A stretch of DNA of 64,000 bases from assembly GCA_021781955.1 (NCBI GenBank), contig JAJXVV010000002.1, forward strand, positions 74,730 to 138,729. Reading direction: 5' to 3'. The translations under genes and the position numbers were made by a program. Source of the DNA: a bacterium (GTDB taxonomy: Bacteria > Patescibacteriota > Minisyncoccia > Phycocordibacterales > UBA2100). This document shows positions 47,789-57,688 of the stretch, one piece after another (position 1 is the first letter of the stretch; every line of letters starts with the position of its first letter). Below the pieces are notes generated by a model. That model saw nothing but the letters and a program-made list of their open reading frames with translations. It was not told the DNA's origin and searched no databases.

Positions 47789-49489
47789 ATGCCTCGGCCG
47801 ATACGCACCGGACTGCAGTTCCTTGCGCGCGAAACGCGTGGGATGCACCAGGCCGCGTACCTCCTCGCCGCCTTCTCGCTTGCGTCGCAATTCTTGGCGC
47901 TCGCGCGCGACCGCACTTTCGCGGCTGTTTTCGGCGCGGGCCACACGCTCGACATCTACTACGCCGCGTTCCGCACGCCGGATTTTCTTTTTAGCACGGT
48001 AGCGAGCCTTTTCTCGCTCTACGCGCTCTTGCCGATCCTCTCGCGCATTGAACAAGAGGGCGAAGGAAGAGTCGCGCTCTTTTTGCGCCATTTGCTCGTC
48101 ATCTTTTTTGCGGGCATGTCGTCGATCGCGTTCGTTCTCTTCCTGTTCGTGCCGAAGTTGGCACCCCTCATGGCGCCCGGCATCGCGAGCGATCCGAACA
48201 CGGCCGGACAGCTCATGATGATGATGCGCATCCTCCTCTTGCAGCCGATACTCTTGGGCGCGTCGAATACGGTCGCCTCGCTCACGCAGATGCGGCACCG
48301 TTTCGTGCTGTATTCGGTCTCGCCGCTCCTCTACAACCTCGGCATCATCTTCGGCGCGGTCGTGCTCTATCCGACCTTCGGCATCGCAGGCTTGGGTTGG
48401 GGCGTCGTCTTGGGCGCCGCGATGCATCTCCTCGTGCAGGTGCCGTACTTCGTCTCCGAAAAAGCGGTCGGGACGATCTCGTGGAGCGAGATGGTGCGCT
48501 CCACGTGGGAAATACTCAAGCTCTCGGTGCCGCGCACGCTCGCGCTTGCCTCCACGCAGATATCGCTCCTCGTCATCGTCGCGCTCGCCTCGCTTCTCGC
48601 GGCAGGTTCCATCGCAATCTTCAACTTCGCCTACAACTTGCAGGCGGTGCCCTTTACCATCATCGGCGTCTCATATTCGGTCGCCGCGTTCCCGACGCTC
48701 GCGCGCCTCCACGCCTCGGGTTCCAAGCAGGAGTTCAGCGCGTACGTGGAAGCGGCCGTGCGCCACATTATCTTTTGGTCCATTCCCGCGACCGTGTTCG
48801 TGATCGTGTTTCGCGCGCAGATCGTGCGCCTTATCCTCGGCGCCGGCGCATTCGATTGGAACGCGACGCGCCTCACCGCAGCGGCGCTCGCGCTCTTCAT
48901 TCTCTCGCTCTTGGGGCAGTCGCTCACGCTCCTTATCGCGCGCGCTTACTACGCGGTCGGCAACACGCGCAAGCCGTTCTACTTCGGACTTGCGGACATA
49001 ACGCTTTCCATCCTCTCCTCAGTCGGCCTTGTATTCCTCTTCACGCACAACCTGTTCATTCGCGATCTCGTCGAATCGCTCTTGCGCGTCGACGACGTGC
49101 CGGGTACGACCGTGCTCATGCTCGCCCTCGGCTACGCGTGTGGCTCGATCGCGGAGGCGCTCGTCGGCTATCACTACTTCGCGCGCGACTTCGGCATCTC
49201 GCGCGCGCACGTGCGACGGCTCGTGTTCCAGAGCTTTGCCGCCTCAATGCTCGGCGGCGCGCTCGCGTACCAGACGCTCTCGCTCATGCCCTCGATACTC
49301 TTGCTGCACACGCTCGGCATCGCGCTCGAAGGGCTCGCGGCTGGCGTGGTGGGTGCCGCAGGACTCTTCTTCGTGCTATTGCTGCTCGGTAATCGTGAGC
49401 TCAAAGAGGCAATCGCCTCGCTCAAGCGCCGCTTTGCCGACATCCCGCAAATCGCCGTTGAGCCGACCGACGTCGCTTCGGCGCAGTAG
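47789..49489 (+). CDS. murJ: Lipid II flippase MurJ
   Basis: LARDRTFAAVFGAG..LDIYYAAFRTPD; many TM segments. Confidence 0.9.
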   Translation: MPRPIRTGLQFLARETRGMHQAAYLLAAFSLASQFLALARDRTFAAVFGAGHTLDIYYAAFRTPDFLFSTVASLFSLYALLPILSRIEQEGEGRVALFLRHLLVIFFAGMSSIAFVLFLFVPKLAPLMAPGIASDPNTAGQLMMMMRILLLQPILLGASNTVASLTQMRHRFVLYSVSPLLYNLGIIFGAVVLYPTFGIAGLGWGVVLGAAMHLLVQVPYFVSEKAVGTISWSEMVRSTWEILKLSVPRTLALASTQISLLVIVALASLLAAGSIAIFNFAYNLQAVPFTIIGVSYSVAAFPTLARLHASGSKQEFSAYVEAAVRHIIFWSIPATVFVIVFRAQIVRLILGAGAFDWNATRLTAAALALFILSLLGQSLTLLIARAYYAVGNTRKPFYFGLADITLSILSSVGLVFLFTHNLFIRDLVESLLRVDDVPGTTVLMLALGYACGSIAEALVGYHYFARDFGISRAHVRRLVFQSFAASMLGGALAYQTLSLMPSILLLHTLGIALEGLAAGVVGAAGLFFVLLLLGNRELKEAIASLKRRFADIPQIAVEPTDVASAQ

Positions 49490-49538
49490 CGCGCGGCCGG
49501 GTGCTAAATGTGCCGAAAAATGCTAGATTTCGCGTGTC

Positions 49539-51317
49539 ATGCAGCACATCCGCAACTTTTCCATCATCGCGCACATCGACCACGGCAAATCGACGCTCGC
49601 CGACCGCATGCTCGAGCTGACCGGCACGATCGAGGCGCGCCGCATGCAGGAGCAGGTGCTCGACCGGATGGAGCTTGAACGCGAGCGCGGCATCACCATC
49701 AAGATGGCTCCGGTACGCATGCTCTGGAAGAAGGGCGGCACGGAATACACGCTCGATCTCATCGACACGCCCGGGCACGTCGACTTCTCGTACGAAGTTT
49801 CGCGCGCGCTCACTGCCGTCGAAGGCGTGGTGCTCTTGGTGGACGCGACGCAAGGCGTGCAGGCGCAAACGCTCTCGGTCTTGGGCGTCGCCAAGGAGCT
49901 CGGCCGGGTGATCATTCCGGTCATCTCGAAAATAGACTCGCCCAATGCGCGCGCTGCCGACGTGAAGAGCGAGCTCGCGTTGCTCCTTGGCATCGAGGAG
50001 TCGACCATCTTGAGCGTCTCGGGCAAAACAGGCGAGGGCGTAGCACACCTGCTCGACACCATCGTCGAGCTCGTGCCCGCGCCGCAGCCGACCAATGCGC
50101 AGCAAGGTCTCATTTTCGATTTCGGCTACTCCGATCATCGCGGCATCATCGTGTACCTGCGCATCTTTGGCGGCGCGTTCCATAAGGGCGATACACTCAG
50201 GTTCGTCGCGGCCGACGCGGACTTCGTCGCGCTCGAGGTCGGCACGCTTTCGCCGACGGAGCGGCCGGCGGCTGAACTCGGTGAAGGAGAGATCGGCTAC
50301 ATCGTGACCGGGATCAAGAAGCCGGGCATCGCGTCGGTCGGTGATACGGTGACGAGCGCGCGGCAGCCCGCCAAAGCGCTTTCCGGCTACCTGGCGCCGA
50401 CGCCGGTCATTTGGGCGAGCGTGTATCCGGAGAGCCAGGATGACCTGCCGATATTGCGGCAATCGCTCGAGAAGCTGCGCCTTTCGGATTCCTCGCTTTC
50501 GTACGAAGAGGAATCATCGGGCATTATGGGCAGAGGATTTCGCTGCGGGTTCCTCGGCATGTTGCACCTTGAGATCATCATCGAGCGATTGCGCCGCGAA
50601 TTCGCCCTCGAGCTCGTGGTCACGCAGCCGACGACCGTGTACGAGATCACGCGCATGCAGGGCACAGTAGAAGAGATATTCTCTCCCGCCAAATTCCCCG
50701 ACGACAGCACGGTCAAGCTCGTGCGAGAAATGTGGGCCGACATCACCCTCATCACCCCGAGCGATTACATGGGCGGTATTTCGCAGCTCTTGTACGATCA
50801 TGAGGCAAACGTGGAGGCGACGCAGACCATGCCCGACGGCAAGCTCGAGCTTACGGCCGAGATGCCGCTGCGCGAGCTCATGCGCGGCTTTTTCGACAAG
50901 CTCAAGAGCGTGTCCTCGGGCTTCGCGTCGCTCGGGTACACCCTGAAGGGGTTGCGCGAGGCGCACGTGGTGCGGCTCGACATCCTCGTCGCCGAAGAGC
51001 CGGTGCCTGCTTTCGCGCGCATCGTTTCCGCTCGGCGCCTGCAGCACGAAGCGGAGCAGTTGGTGGAGAAGCTTGAGTCGCTCTTGCCGCGCCAGCTCTT
51101 CGAGCTCAAGATCCAAGCCAGGTCAGGCGGCCGCATTCTGGCTGCGCGCCGCAAGTCGGCGTTGCGGAAGGATGTGACGCAGCACATGTATGGCGGCGAT
51201 ATCACCCGCAAAATGAAGCTGCGCGAAAAGCAGAAAAAGGGAAAGAAGCGGATGCTCGCGCGCGGCAAGGTAGACATCCCGCACGATGTCTTCCTCAAAG
51301 TGGTGCGCGAATCCTAG
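49539..51317 (+). CDS. lepA: Elongation factor 4
   Basis: IRNFSIIAHIDHGKSTLADR, GFRCGFLGMLH and YGGDITRKMKL. Confidence 0.97.
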   Translation: MQHIRNFSIIAHIDHGKSTLADRMLELTGTIEARRMQEQVLDRMELERERGITIKMAPVRMLWKKGGTEYTLDLIDTPGHVDFSYEVSRALTAVEGVVLLVDATQGVQAQTLSVLGVAKELGRVIIPVISKIDSPNARAADVKSELALLLGIEESTILSVSGKTGEGVAHLLDTIVELVPAPQPTNAQQGLIFDFGYSDHRGIIVYLRIFGGAFHKGDTLRFVAADADFVALEVGTLSPTERPAAELGEGEIGYIVTGIKKPGIASVGDTVTSARQPAKALSGYLAPTPVIWASVYPESQDDLPILRQSLEKLRLSDSSLSYEEESSGIMGRGFRCGFLGMLHLEIIIERLRREFALELVVTQPTTVYEITRMQGTVEEIFSPAKFPDDSTVKLVREMWADITLITPSDYMGGISQLLYDHEANVEATQTMPDGKLELTAEMPLRELMRGFFDKLKSVSSGFASLGYTLKGLREAHVVRLDILVAEEPVPAFARIVSARRLQHEAEQLVEKLESLLPRQLFELKIQARSGGRILAARRKSALRKDVTQHMYGGDITRKMKLREKQKKGKKRMLARGKVDIPHDVFLKVVRES

Positions 51318-51343
51318 AAACCCGCGGATCCTTTTTGCGAAGG

Positions 51344-51472
51344 CTACTGCGTGAAGAGGTTCACGATACCAGGCGCGAAGAGGAGGATCATCGAGAGCGT
51401 TACGCACACCGCGATAATCGCCCACAGGACGTTGATGATCTTTTTGGTGCGCTTATGGAAGAGGAAGCTCAT
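51344..51472 (-). CDS. Small single-TM protein (42 aa), not in the ORF track
   Basis: MSFLFHKRTKKIINVLWAIIAVCVTLSMILLFAPGIVNLFTQ. Confidence 0.6.
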   Translation of the reverse strand: MSFLFHKRTKKIINVLWAIIAVCVTLSMILLFAPGIVNLFTQ

Positions 51473-51501
51473 GCGCGCAGTATAAATGATAGGATAGCAC
51501 T

Positions 51502-51873
51502 ATGGCAATACGCCATCGCAACGACCCTGTACGACTCTTCGGCCGGAGACTCTTGCTGCTCGGTCTTTTCGTGCTGGTCATTGCGGGTGGTGCGGGCGTG
51601 TGGCGCGCTTTTTGGGAAGAGCAGGAATCGACCACGCTCAACGCGCAAGCGCAAGTGCGCCTCGCCAATCTAGAGCTGCAGCAAACGCAGCTCAGCGCGA
51701 AGGTCTCCGATTTGGAGACTGAGCGCGGCCAGGAGGCCGTCTTGCGTGATCAGTACGCGCTCGCGGCGCAGGGAGAGCATCTCGTCGTCATCGTCGACTC
51801 GACCGCGACGCAACCGGAAGCGACCTCCTCGGCTTTCGCCGCATGGCTGCACAATACCTTCCCGTGGTGGTGA
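51502..51873 (+). CDS. Septum formation initiator (FtsB/DivIC-like)
   Basis: TM, then coiled coil, then E..LR....LA..GE.LVVIV. Confidence 0.65.
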   Translation: MAIRHRNDPVRLFGRRLLLLGLFVLVIAGGAGVWRAFWEEQESTTLNAQAQVRLANLELQQTQLSAKVSDLETERGQEAVLRDQYALAAQGEHLVVIVDSTATQPEATSSAFAAWLHNTFPWW

Positions 51874-51906
51874 GACGTGGATAAGTCTGGTACATTTTGT
51901 GGCGAA

Positions 51907-51977
51907 GCGGGATTAGTTTAGTGGCAGAACGATTGCTTCCCAAGCAATAGATACGGGTTCGATTCCCGTATCCCGCA
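51907..51977 (+). tRNA. tRNA-Gly(CCC)
   Basis: GCGGGAT/ATCCCGC acceptor stem; attgc-TTCCCAA-gcaat anticodon arm. Confidence 0.94.
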
Positions 51978-52095
51978 CACGAGTCAGCAACCCATGCATA
52001 GGTGCATGAGGCCTCGAGCTTCAGCGAGGTTGGTTCGCCGGAGGAGTTGGGCGAGCTCTATGATGTGCTGCAAGCGGGGCGGGGATACGGCCTGA

Positions 52096-52395
52096 TTATA
52101 AGTACGCCTCGCCGTAGGTGCGAACGGCGTCCATGATGCCCTTGAGCGCGAGGCCTTTCTTTGTGAGTTCGTAACGCCCGCATGCCGGCTGTCCCTGGGA
52201 TTCGCGTTTCGATACGAGTTTCTCGCGCTCGAGCGTCTTGAGTTTCTTGGCGAGGGTGCGTGTCGAGACCGAAAGCGATCGCTCAAACTCGCTGAAACGC
52301 TTCGGACCAACCAAGAGGTCACGGATGATGAGCATCGAACATGAGTCGCCGAGCAGGACGACGGTCTTCTCGACCGGACAGCTACCCGCTTTCAT
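52096..52395 (-). CDS. HxlR family transcriptional regulator
   Basis: CPVE, GPKRFSE, LKTLE and YELTKKG. Confidence 0.9.
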   Translation of the reverse strand: MKAGSCPVEKTVVLLGDSCSMLIIRDLLVGPKRFSEFERSLSVSTRTLAKKLKTLEREKLVSKRESQGQPACGRYELTKKGLALKGIMDAVRTYGEAYL

Positions 52396-52482
52396 AGATA
52401 TCCACACTAGCATAAAAACTCGTACTTTACAAAGTAAAGTCTATGCCCTACACTGGGGTTCTATTCATTCACACACATCGCT

Positions 52483-53067
52483 ATGACGAATGTTTTGAAG
52501 GTAAAAGTTATCGTAGGATCGACGCGCCAGGGTCGCTTTAGCGACAAGCCGGCCGCGTGGATCGCTGGGCTCGCAGGCAAACGAGCGGACATCGACGTCG
52601 AGATTCTCGATCTCAAAGACTACGCGATGCCGTTCTATGACGGCGCAATGCCCCCGAGCCTGATCAAAGGCGGCGAATATCCCGACCCGCAGGTGAAGCG
52701 ATGGGCGCAGAAGATCGGGGAAGCCGACGCGTTCATCGTCGTCACCCCGGAATACAATCGCGGTCCGTCAGCGGTATTGAAGAATGCGCTCGACAGCGTG
52801 AGCCAGGAGTGGAACAACAAACCGGTAGCGTTCGTTGCGCATGGCTCTGCCCTTGGCGTTCGTGCCATCGAGCAGTTGCGCATGAACGCGATCGAGCTGC
52901 GCATGGCGCCGGTACGGGATATCGTCGCGCTGCCGGGGAGCTGGACGTTCCCGGAGGGAGGTACGAAAGCCGGCGCGTTCGCGGAGCATGACGCGACGGG
53001 CAACACGATGCTCGACACGCTCGTGTGGTGGGGTAACGCGCTCAAGACGGCCCGCGCGAGCAAGTAA
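52483..53067 (+). CDS. NAD(P)H-dependent FMN reductase
   Basis: GSTRQGR and VTPEYN...LKNALD. Confidence 0.92.
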   Translation: MTNVLKVKVIVGSTRQGRFSDKPAAWIAGLAGKRADIDVEILDLKDYAMPFYDGAMPPSLIKGGEYPDPQVKRWAQKIGEADAFIVVTPEYNRGPSAVLKNALDSVSQEWNNKPVAFVAHGSALGVRAIEQLRMNAIELRMAPVRDIVALPGSWTFPEGGTKAGAFAEHDATGNTMLDTLVWWGNALKTARASK

Positions 53068-53102
53068 TGCTAGAATAAGGTATCAGTAATTAACACAAGC
53101 GT

Positions 53103-53342
53103 ATGAGCGACAAACAAGTCACCATTTATTCGACTCCGACGTGCCACTTCTGCCACATGGCGAAGGATTTCTTCGCGACGAACAACGTCAAATTCTCCGA
53201 CTACAACGTGGCGACCGATCTCGAGAAACGGAAGGAGATGGTCGAGAAGAGCGGCCAGATGGGGGTGCCGGTCATCACGGTCGGCGACGAGCTCATCGTT
53301 GGGTTCGACGAGGATCGTTTGCGCGAGCTTTTGGTCGCGTAG
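53103..53342 (+). CDS. Glutaredoxin/NrdH-like redoxin
   Basis: YSTPTCHFC, SGQMGVPV and VGFD. Confidence 0.92.
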   Translation: MSDKQVTIYSTPTCHFCHMAKDFFATNNVKFSDYNVATDLEKRKEMVEKSGQMGVPVITVGDELIVGFDEDRLRELLVA

Positions 53343-53421
53343 ACGAGATCACGGTTTTTTCTCAAGGCGGCGCGTGCTACGATTGCACGCGCCGCCTTCT
53401 TGTGGGGCACAGGATGCTGCG

Positions 53422-53493
53422 GCCCTCGTAGCTCAATGGATAGAGCAGCCCCGTCCTAAGGGGTTGATGTGGGTTCGATTCCTGCCGAGGGCA
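53422..53493 (+). tRNA. tRNA-Arg(CCT)
   Basis: GCCCTCG/CGAGGGC acceptor stem; anticodon loop GTCCTAA. Confidence 0.92.
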
Positions 53494-53516
53494 AAATGGA
53501 TGCTAGTATGAGCGGC

Positions 53517-53834
53517 ATGGACGAACAACCGTCACTACGCGAAATCTACCGGCTCGCGCGGGAGAACAACATGATGCTGCACTCGATGCGGCGCCGCGCG
53601 TTCTTTACCGGTATTGTGAAGGTCATCTTCTACATCCTCATCCTCGTCATCGCACCGCTCTATGTGTACTCCACCTACCTGCAGCCGTTCATAGCAAACC
53701 TGCAACAAACGATGAACCAAGTGCAGGGAACCAATGCGCAAGCACAAGCGCAGTTGAATGGCTTCGAGCACATTGTCAAACAATTGGCCTCGAGCATTCC
53801 GACCATCCCCAGTATCTCGCAACCGAAGCAGTGA
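53517..53834 (+). CDS. Single-TM hypothetical protein
   Basis: LARENNMMLHSMRR followed by a TM and a Gln-rich tail. Confidence 0.7.
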   Translation: MDEQPSLREIYRLARENNMMLHSMRRRAFFTGIVKVIFYILILVIAPLYVYSTYLQPFIANLQQTMNQVQGTNAQAQAQLNGFEHIVKQLASSIPTIPSISQPKQ

Positions 53835-53854
53835 TTTGGTATAGTAATCCCGCT

Positions 53855-53927
53855 GCCCAGATAGCTCAGGTAGTAGAGCATTCCCCTGAAGAGGGAAGGG
53901 TCGTCAGTGCAAATCTGACTCTGGGCA
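53855..53927 (+). tRNA. tRNA-Phe(GAA)
   Basis: GCCCAGA/TCTGGGC acceptor stem; ttccc-CTGAAGA-gggaa; T-loop TGCAAAT. Confidence 0.88.
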
Positions 53928-54262
53928 CCGGCAAAACAAGAGGCCCCGCACGGGGCCTCGAGAGTTGAACGGGGAAGTTCATCGTCTTGAAACGAAGAAG
54001 ATGCGCCGATTTGCGAGGTTGCGACGGTCGCCTCGCTCTTTCGCGGGTACGCGTTCGCCGGGGGCAAAGACGCGCTCATCCCGCTGCTTTCTCAATAATT
54101 CCCTGGTCCGTTCCGAGATGAACGCGCCAGCCCAAGGATCAAAACTCAAAACGTAAGTCGCCGCGCCCATTGCCGGTCTCCGTTGCTGCGCAGAAGAAGC
54201 ATACCTTCTATCCGCTATCCCAAAACTAGCAAAGATGAAGAAATGCGCAACCCGTTTGCGCA

Positions 54263-54838
54263 TTAGAGCCCGAGGGTGAAGGTCATGACGCTCGGTTTGG
54301 GCGTGAGCCAGCCTTTGGTGTTGAGCTTTATCTCGCGGTCGCGGCCGAGCTCTTTGTAACGCAGCGGCTTGCCGGCGAGCGCCGTGTCGAGGAGCTTTTT
54401 CGTGATCTCGACATCCTTGAGGCAGTACGCGCGCACCTTCTCGACCTCGCCGGCACGCCACCAGCGCAGCGATTGTATGCCGTCGGCTATCTTGCTTTCG
54501 CCAAGCGTCGCCTCGGCGAGCGTATCGAGCTTGAGCCGCCGTCCCAGGACCGCCTGCACCTCTTTCATGAGATCGAGGCTTTTTATCTTGCTCAGGTCGC
54601 CCGGATAGTACTTGTTGAGGAGCGGCACGTCGAAGTGGTCGGAATTGTAGCCGACGAGCACGTCGGTGCGTTCGAGGATATGCCAGAGCTTCGGCAGATC
54701 GGCCACGAGGTAGCTTGAGTATGAATCGCTCTCGGAGTCGTGAACGCCGACGAGCGCTATTTCGAGGTCGGTCGTGCCGGAAACGCCCTCATCGCCCAAC
54801 CAGTTAGCCGTCTCGATGTCGAAGGTCACGATACGCAT
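54263..54838 (-). CDS. RNase H-like (DEDD/YprB-like) exonuclease domain protein
   Basis: FDIET, GYNSDHFD and YCLKDV. Confidence 0.85.
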   Translation of the reverse strand: MRIVTFDIETANWLGDEGVSGTTDLEIALVGVHDSESDSYSSYLVADLPKLWHILERTDVLVGYNSDHFDVPLLNKYYPGDLSKIKSLDLMKEVQAVLGRRLKLDTLAEATLGESKIADGIQSLRWWRAGEVEKVRAYCLKDVEITKKLLDTALAGKPLRYKELGRDREIKLNTKGWLTPKPSVMTFTLGL

Positions 54839-54847
54839 ACGCCGTGG

Positions 54848-56110
54848 CTAGCCGAGGGAGGAGAATACGTGGTCGGCGATCTGGTCGACGGGGAGCGTGC
54901 GCTCGTGGCCCGTCTCGAGGTTCTTGATCGTGTAGCGGCCCGATTCGCGCTCTTTGCTGCCGACGGCGATGATGAAGGGGATGCCCATTGCGTCGGCCTG
55001 GCGGATCTGGTCGCCGATGCGCTTGTCGGAGAAGTTGACCGCTACCGTGACGTCGTCGCGGCGCAGGCTCTGTGCGAGGTGTGTCGCATGGGCAGTCGCT
55101 TCTTGCTCGACGATGCAGATCATGAGTTCGGTCGCGGGCGCGTAGCGCGGCAAAAGATTGTGTGCCTCGAGGAAATCGCGCGCCGTGACGTCGCCCATCC
55201 CGAAGCCGACCGCCGGGATAGACGCGCCCCCGAAGAGCGAGAGGAGGTTGTCGTAGCGACCGCCGCCGAAAAGCGAACGACGGTTGCGCGGGTCAGTGTC
55301 GTACACCTCGAAGACCATGCCGGTGTAGTAGTCGAAGCCGCGCGTCACCGACGTGTCGACGACCATGTTGCCCACGCCCATGCTCTCGAGCGCGGAGCGG
55401 AGGTCCTCGAGGTATTTCGTGGAGGTGAGGCGCTCGAGTTCTTCAACGAGCTTCACCGCCTTTTCCTCGTGCGCGATGAGATCGGTCAGACGTTTCTCGA
55501 AGTCGTCGATCTTCGCGCGACGGTCGAGGAGGCGGGTGACGTCGGCGGCGTACTCCTTGGCGATACCGACGGAGCGGTAGATGGATTCGAGTATCCGGCG
55601 ATCGGAAACGTGTATCTCGAAGTCGCGTTCTTCGGCGCCCAGGCTGCGCATGATGCCGTGCGCGACCGCGATCACCTCGGCGTCGGCCTCGATGCCCTCG
55701 GCACCCACGAGGTCCACGTTGAGCTGCCAGTGCTCGCGCAAGCGGCCGCGTTGCGGACGTTCGTAGCGGAAGACATTGGGTATCGAGTACCAGCGTACCG
55801 GCAAGGGCAATTCGCGCTGACGTGCCGCGATCATGCGGGCGAGCGTGGGCGTCATTTCTGGGCGCAGCGTCACCTCGCGGCCCCCGCGGTCGAGGAAGGA
55901 GTAGGTCTGCTCGTTGACGATCTCTTCGGAGGTCTTCGATCGGTAGAGTTCTGCCGGCTCAAGCACCGATGCGGTGTACTCCTCGTAACCGAAGAGCTCG
56001 CACACGCGCTCCATGTGCTCGAAGAGGTAGCGCTGGAAGAACTGATCCTCGGGATAGAAATCCCTGACCCCCTTGTAGCTCTCGGTCGGAAGCGCATCGC
56101 CTTTCGCCAT
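54848..56110 (-). CDS. hisS: Histidine--tRNA ligase
   Basis: KGVRDF, LRPEMT, FRYERPQRGRLREH, RGFDYYTG and GGGRYD. Confidence 0.97.
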   Translation of the reverse strand: MAKGDALPTESYKGVRDFYPEDQFFQRYLFEHMERVCELFGYEEYTASVLEPAELYRSKTSEEIVNEQTYSFLDRGGREVTLRPEMTPTLARMIAARQRELPLPVRWYSIPNVFRYERPQRGRLREHWQLNVDLVGAEGIEADAEVIAVAHGIMRSLGAEERDFEIHVSDRRILESIYRSVGIAKEYAADVTRLLDRRAKIDDFEKRLTDLIAHEEKAVKLVEELERLTSTKYLEDLRSALESMGVGNMVVDTSVTRGFDYYTGMVFEVYDTDPRNRRSLFGGGRYDNLLSLFGGASIPAVGFGMGDVTARDFLEAHNLLPRYAPATELMICIVEQEATAHATHLAQSLRRDDVTVAVNFSDKRIGDQIRQADAMGIPFIIAVGSKERESGRYTIKNLETGHERTLPVDQIADHVFSSLG

Positions 56111-56132
56111 CTCGGTATTATACTCATCCTTT

Positions 56133-56531
56133 ATGCGAACGGTAGGCGCACAAGTCGTCGTGAAAGAGGCGGGCCCGGAGGTGGGAAAAGGCCTTTTCGC
56201 CGCTGCGCCCATCGAGAAGGGCGCCTTCATCGCGGAATACACCGGTACGAAGATCACGACCAAGGTCGCCGATACGCTGAAGACGCGCTACCTCTTCGAA
56301 CTCGATGAGGATTGGACCATCGACGGCGAGGACGAGAGCAACGTGGCGCGCTGGATCAATCACTGCTGCGAACCAAACGCGGAGGCGGAGACCCATGATG
56401 GGCACATATTCATCTTCGCCACGCGGCGCATCGCGGCAGGGAAGGAGATAACCATCGACTACGGCGACGAGTACTATGACGAGTTTATTCGGCCGGTCGG
56501 GTGCAAGTGCAAAGCGAAACGGCACCGCTAA
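56133..56531 (+). CDS. SET-domain protein-lysine methyltransferase
   Basis: GKGLFA, EYTG, ARWINHCCEPN, EITIDY and post-SET CKC. Confidence 0.9.
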   Translation: MRTVGAQVVVKEAGPEVGKGLFAAAPIEKGAFIAEYTGTKITTKVADTLKTRYLFELDEDWTIDGEDESNVARWINHCCEPNAEAETHDGHIFIFATRRIAAGKEITIDYGDEYYDEFIRPVGCKCKAKRHR

Positions 56532-56576
56532 GTCGAAGTTGTCGCCCACAAATCGTCTTGGTATACTTCAGACACT

Positions 56577-57254
56577 ATGCAGCGCAAGCAAGAAGTGTGG
56601 GTTGTCGCTATCTTCGCCGTTGTCGTGGTCGTTGCGGCGATAGGCGCGGCGTTCCTCTCGGGCAACGCGGGCAGCACGTCCAACTTCAAGGCGACGACCG
56701 TGCCGGCCGTCACCTCGGCCGACCACATACGCGGTAACGCGAGCAGTACCGTGTCGCTCATCGAGTACGGCGATTTTGAGTGTCCCGCCTGCGGCGCGTA
56801 TCAGCCGCTCATTCAGCAGCTCTTGCAGCAGTACGGCGACAGGGTCGAGTTCGCGTTCCGCAACTTCCCGCTCTACCAGATACACCCGGACGCGATGATC
56901 AGCGCGCAGGCGGCAGAGGCGGCCGGCTTGCAGGGCAAGTACTGGGAGATGCACGATCTCCTGTACCAAAAGCAGAACGAGTGGACGGCCGCCTCGCCTG
57001 ATACGGTCGTGAGCAAGTATTTCGACGGCTACGCGCAGTCGCTCGGGCTCAACGTCGCACGATTCGACGCTGACATCCAATCAGCCGCAGTGAAACAGAA
57101 GGTTCAGGATGACCTCGGGACCGGCAACGCCGCGCAGGTCGATCATACACCGACGTTCTTTATCAACCTCACGCAGATACCGAATCCCACAAGCTATGCC
57201 GCCTTCACCCAAGCCATCGACGCTGCCCTCGCCTCGTCGACCGCTGTTAAATAA
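56577..57254 (+). CDS. DsbA-family thiol-disulfide oxidoreductase
   Basis: N-terminal TM, EYGDFECPAC, FPL and TPTFFIN. Confidence 0.92.
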   Translation: MQRKQEVWVVAIFAVVVVVAAIGAAFLSGNAGSTSNFKATTVPAVTSADHIRGNASSTVSLIEYGDFECPACGAYQPLIQQLLQQYGDRVEFAFRNFPLYQIHPDAMISAQAAEAAGLQGKYWEMHDLLYQKQNEWTAASPDTVVSKYFDGYAQSLGLNVARFDADIQSAAVKQKVQDDLGTGNAAQVDHTPTFFINLTQIPNPTSYAAFTQAIDAALASSTAVK

Positions 57255-57675
57255 GCTCCTGCTCGCGATAGCCGGCTTCTCGTTCGTCGGTTTCGCCGAC
57301 TCCGCCTACCTCACGGCCGATCACTACCTCGCACTGCCGCTGCCGTGTTCGATACTGCACGGATGCGACATCGTGCTGCGGTCCGCCTACTCGATGATAG
57401 GTCCCATTCCGGTCGCGATGACGGGTGTGGCGTTCTATCTCGTCGTGCTGTTCTTCGTGCTGTACCTCTACACGGCCGATACGCTCGAAAAGCGCCTCGT
57501 CTACGCGCTCGCCGGTCTCGGCACAATCGGGTTCGCGATGTCTGCCATCTTTGAGTCAATCCAAATCTACCTCATTCACGCGCTTTGCCAGTATTGCGCC
57601 CTTTCCGCGCTCAGCTCGGCTCTCATTTTCATCTCCGCGCTCTGGCTCTCCCGCGCAGCACGGAAGGGCGCATAA
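57196..57675 (+). CDS. Vitamin K epoxide reductase (VKOR) family protein
   Basis: CSILHGCDIVL.S.YS and ALCQYC; overlaps the DsbA gene end; start uncertain. Confidence 0.85.
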   Translation: MPPSPKPSTLPSPRRPLLNKLLLAIAGFSFVGFADSAYLTADHYLALPLPCSILHGCDIVLRSAYSMIGPIPVAMTGVAFYLVVLFFVLYLYTADTLEKRLVYALAGLGTIGFAMSAIFESIQIYLIHALCQYCALSALSSALIFISALWLSRAARKGA

Positions 57676-57688
57676 CGCTCGCAACCGC

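Noticed and set aside
51980-52095. Structured RNA after tRNA-Gly
   Set aside because: Only short, weak hairpins and no family motif
53960-54260. ncRNA (tmRNA/6S) or small gene after tRNA-Phe
   Set aside because: No recognisable RNA motifs; the possible short minus-strand ORF has no supporting features
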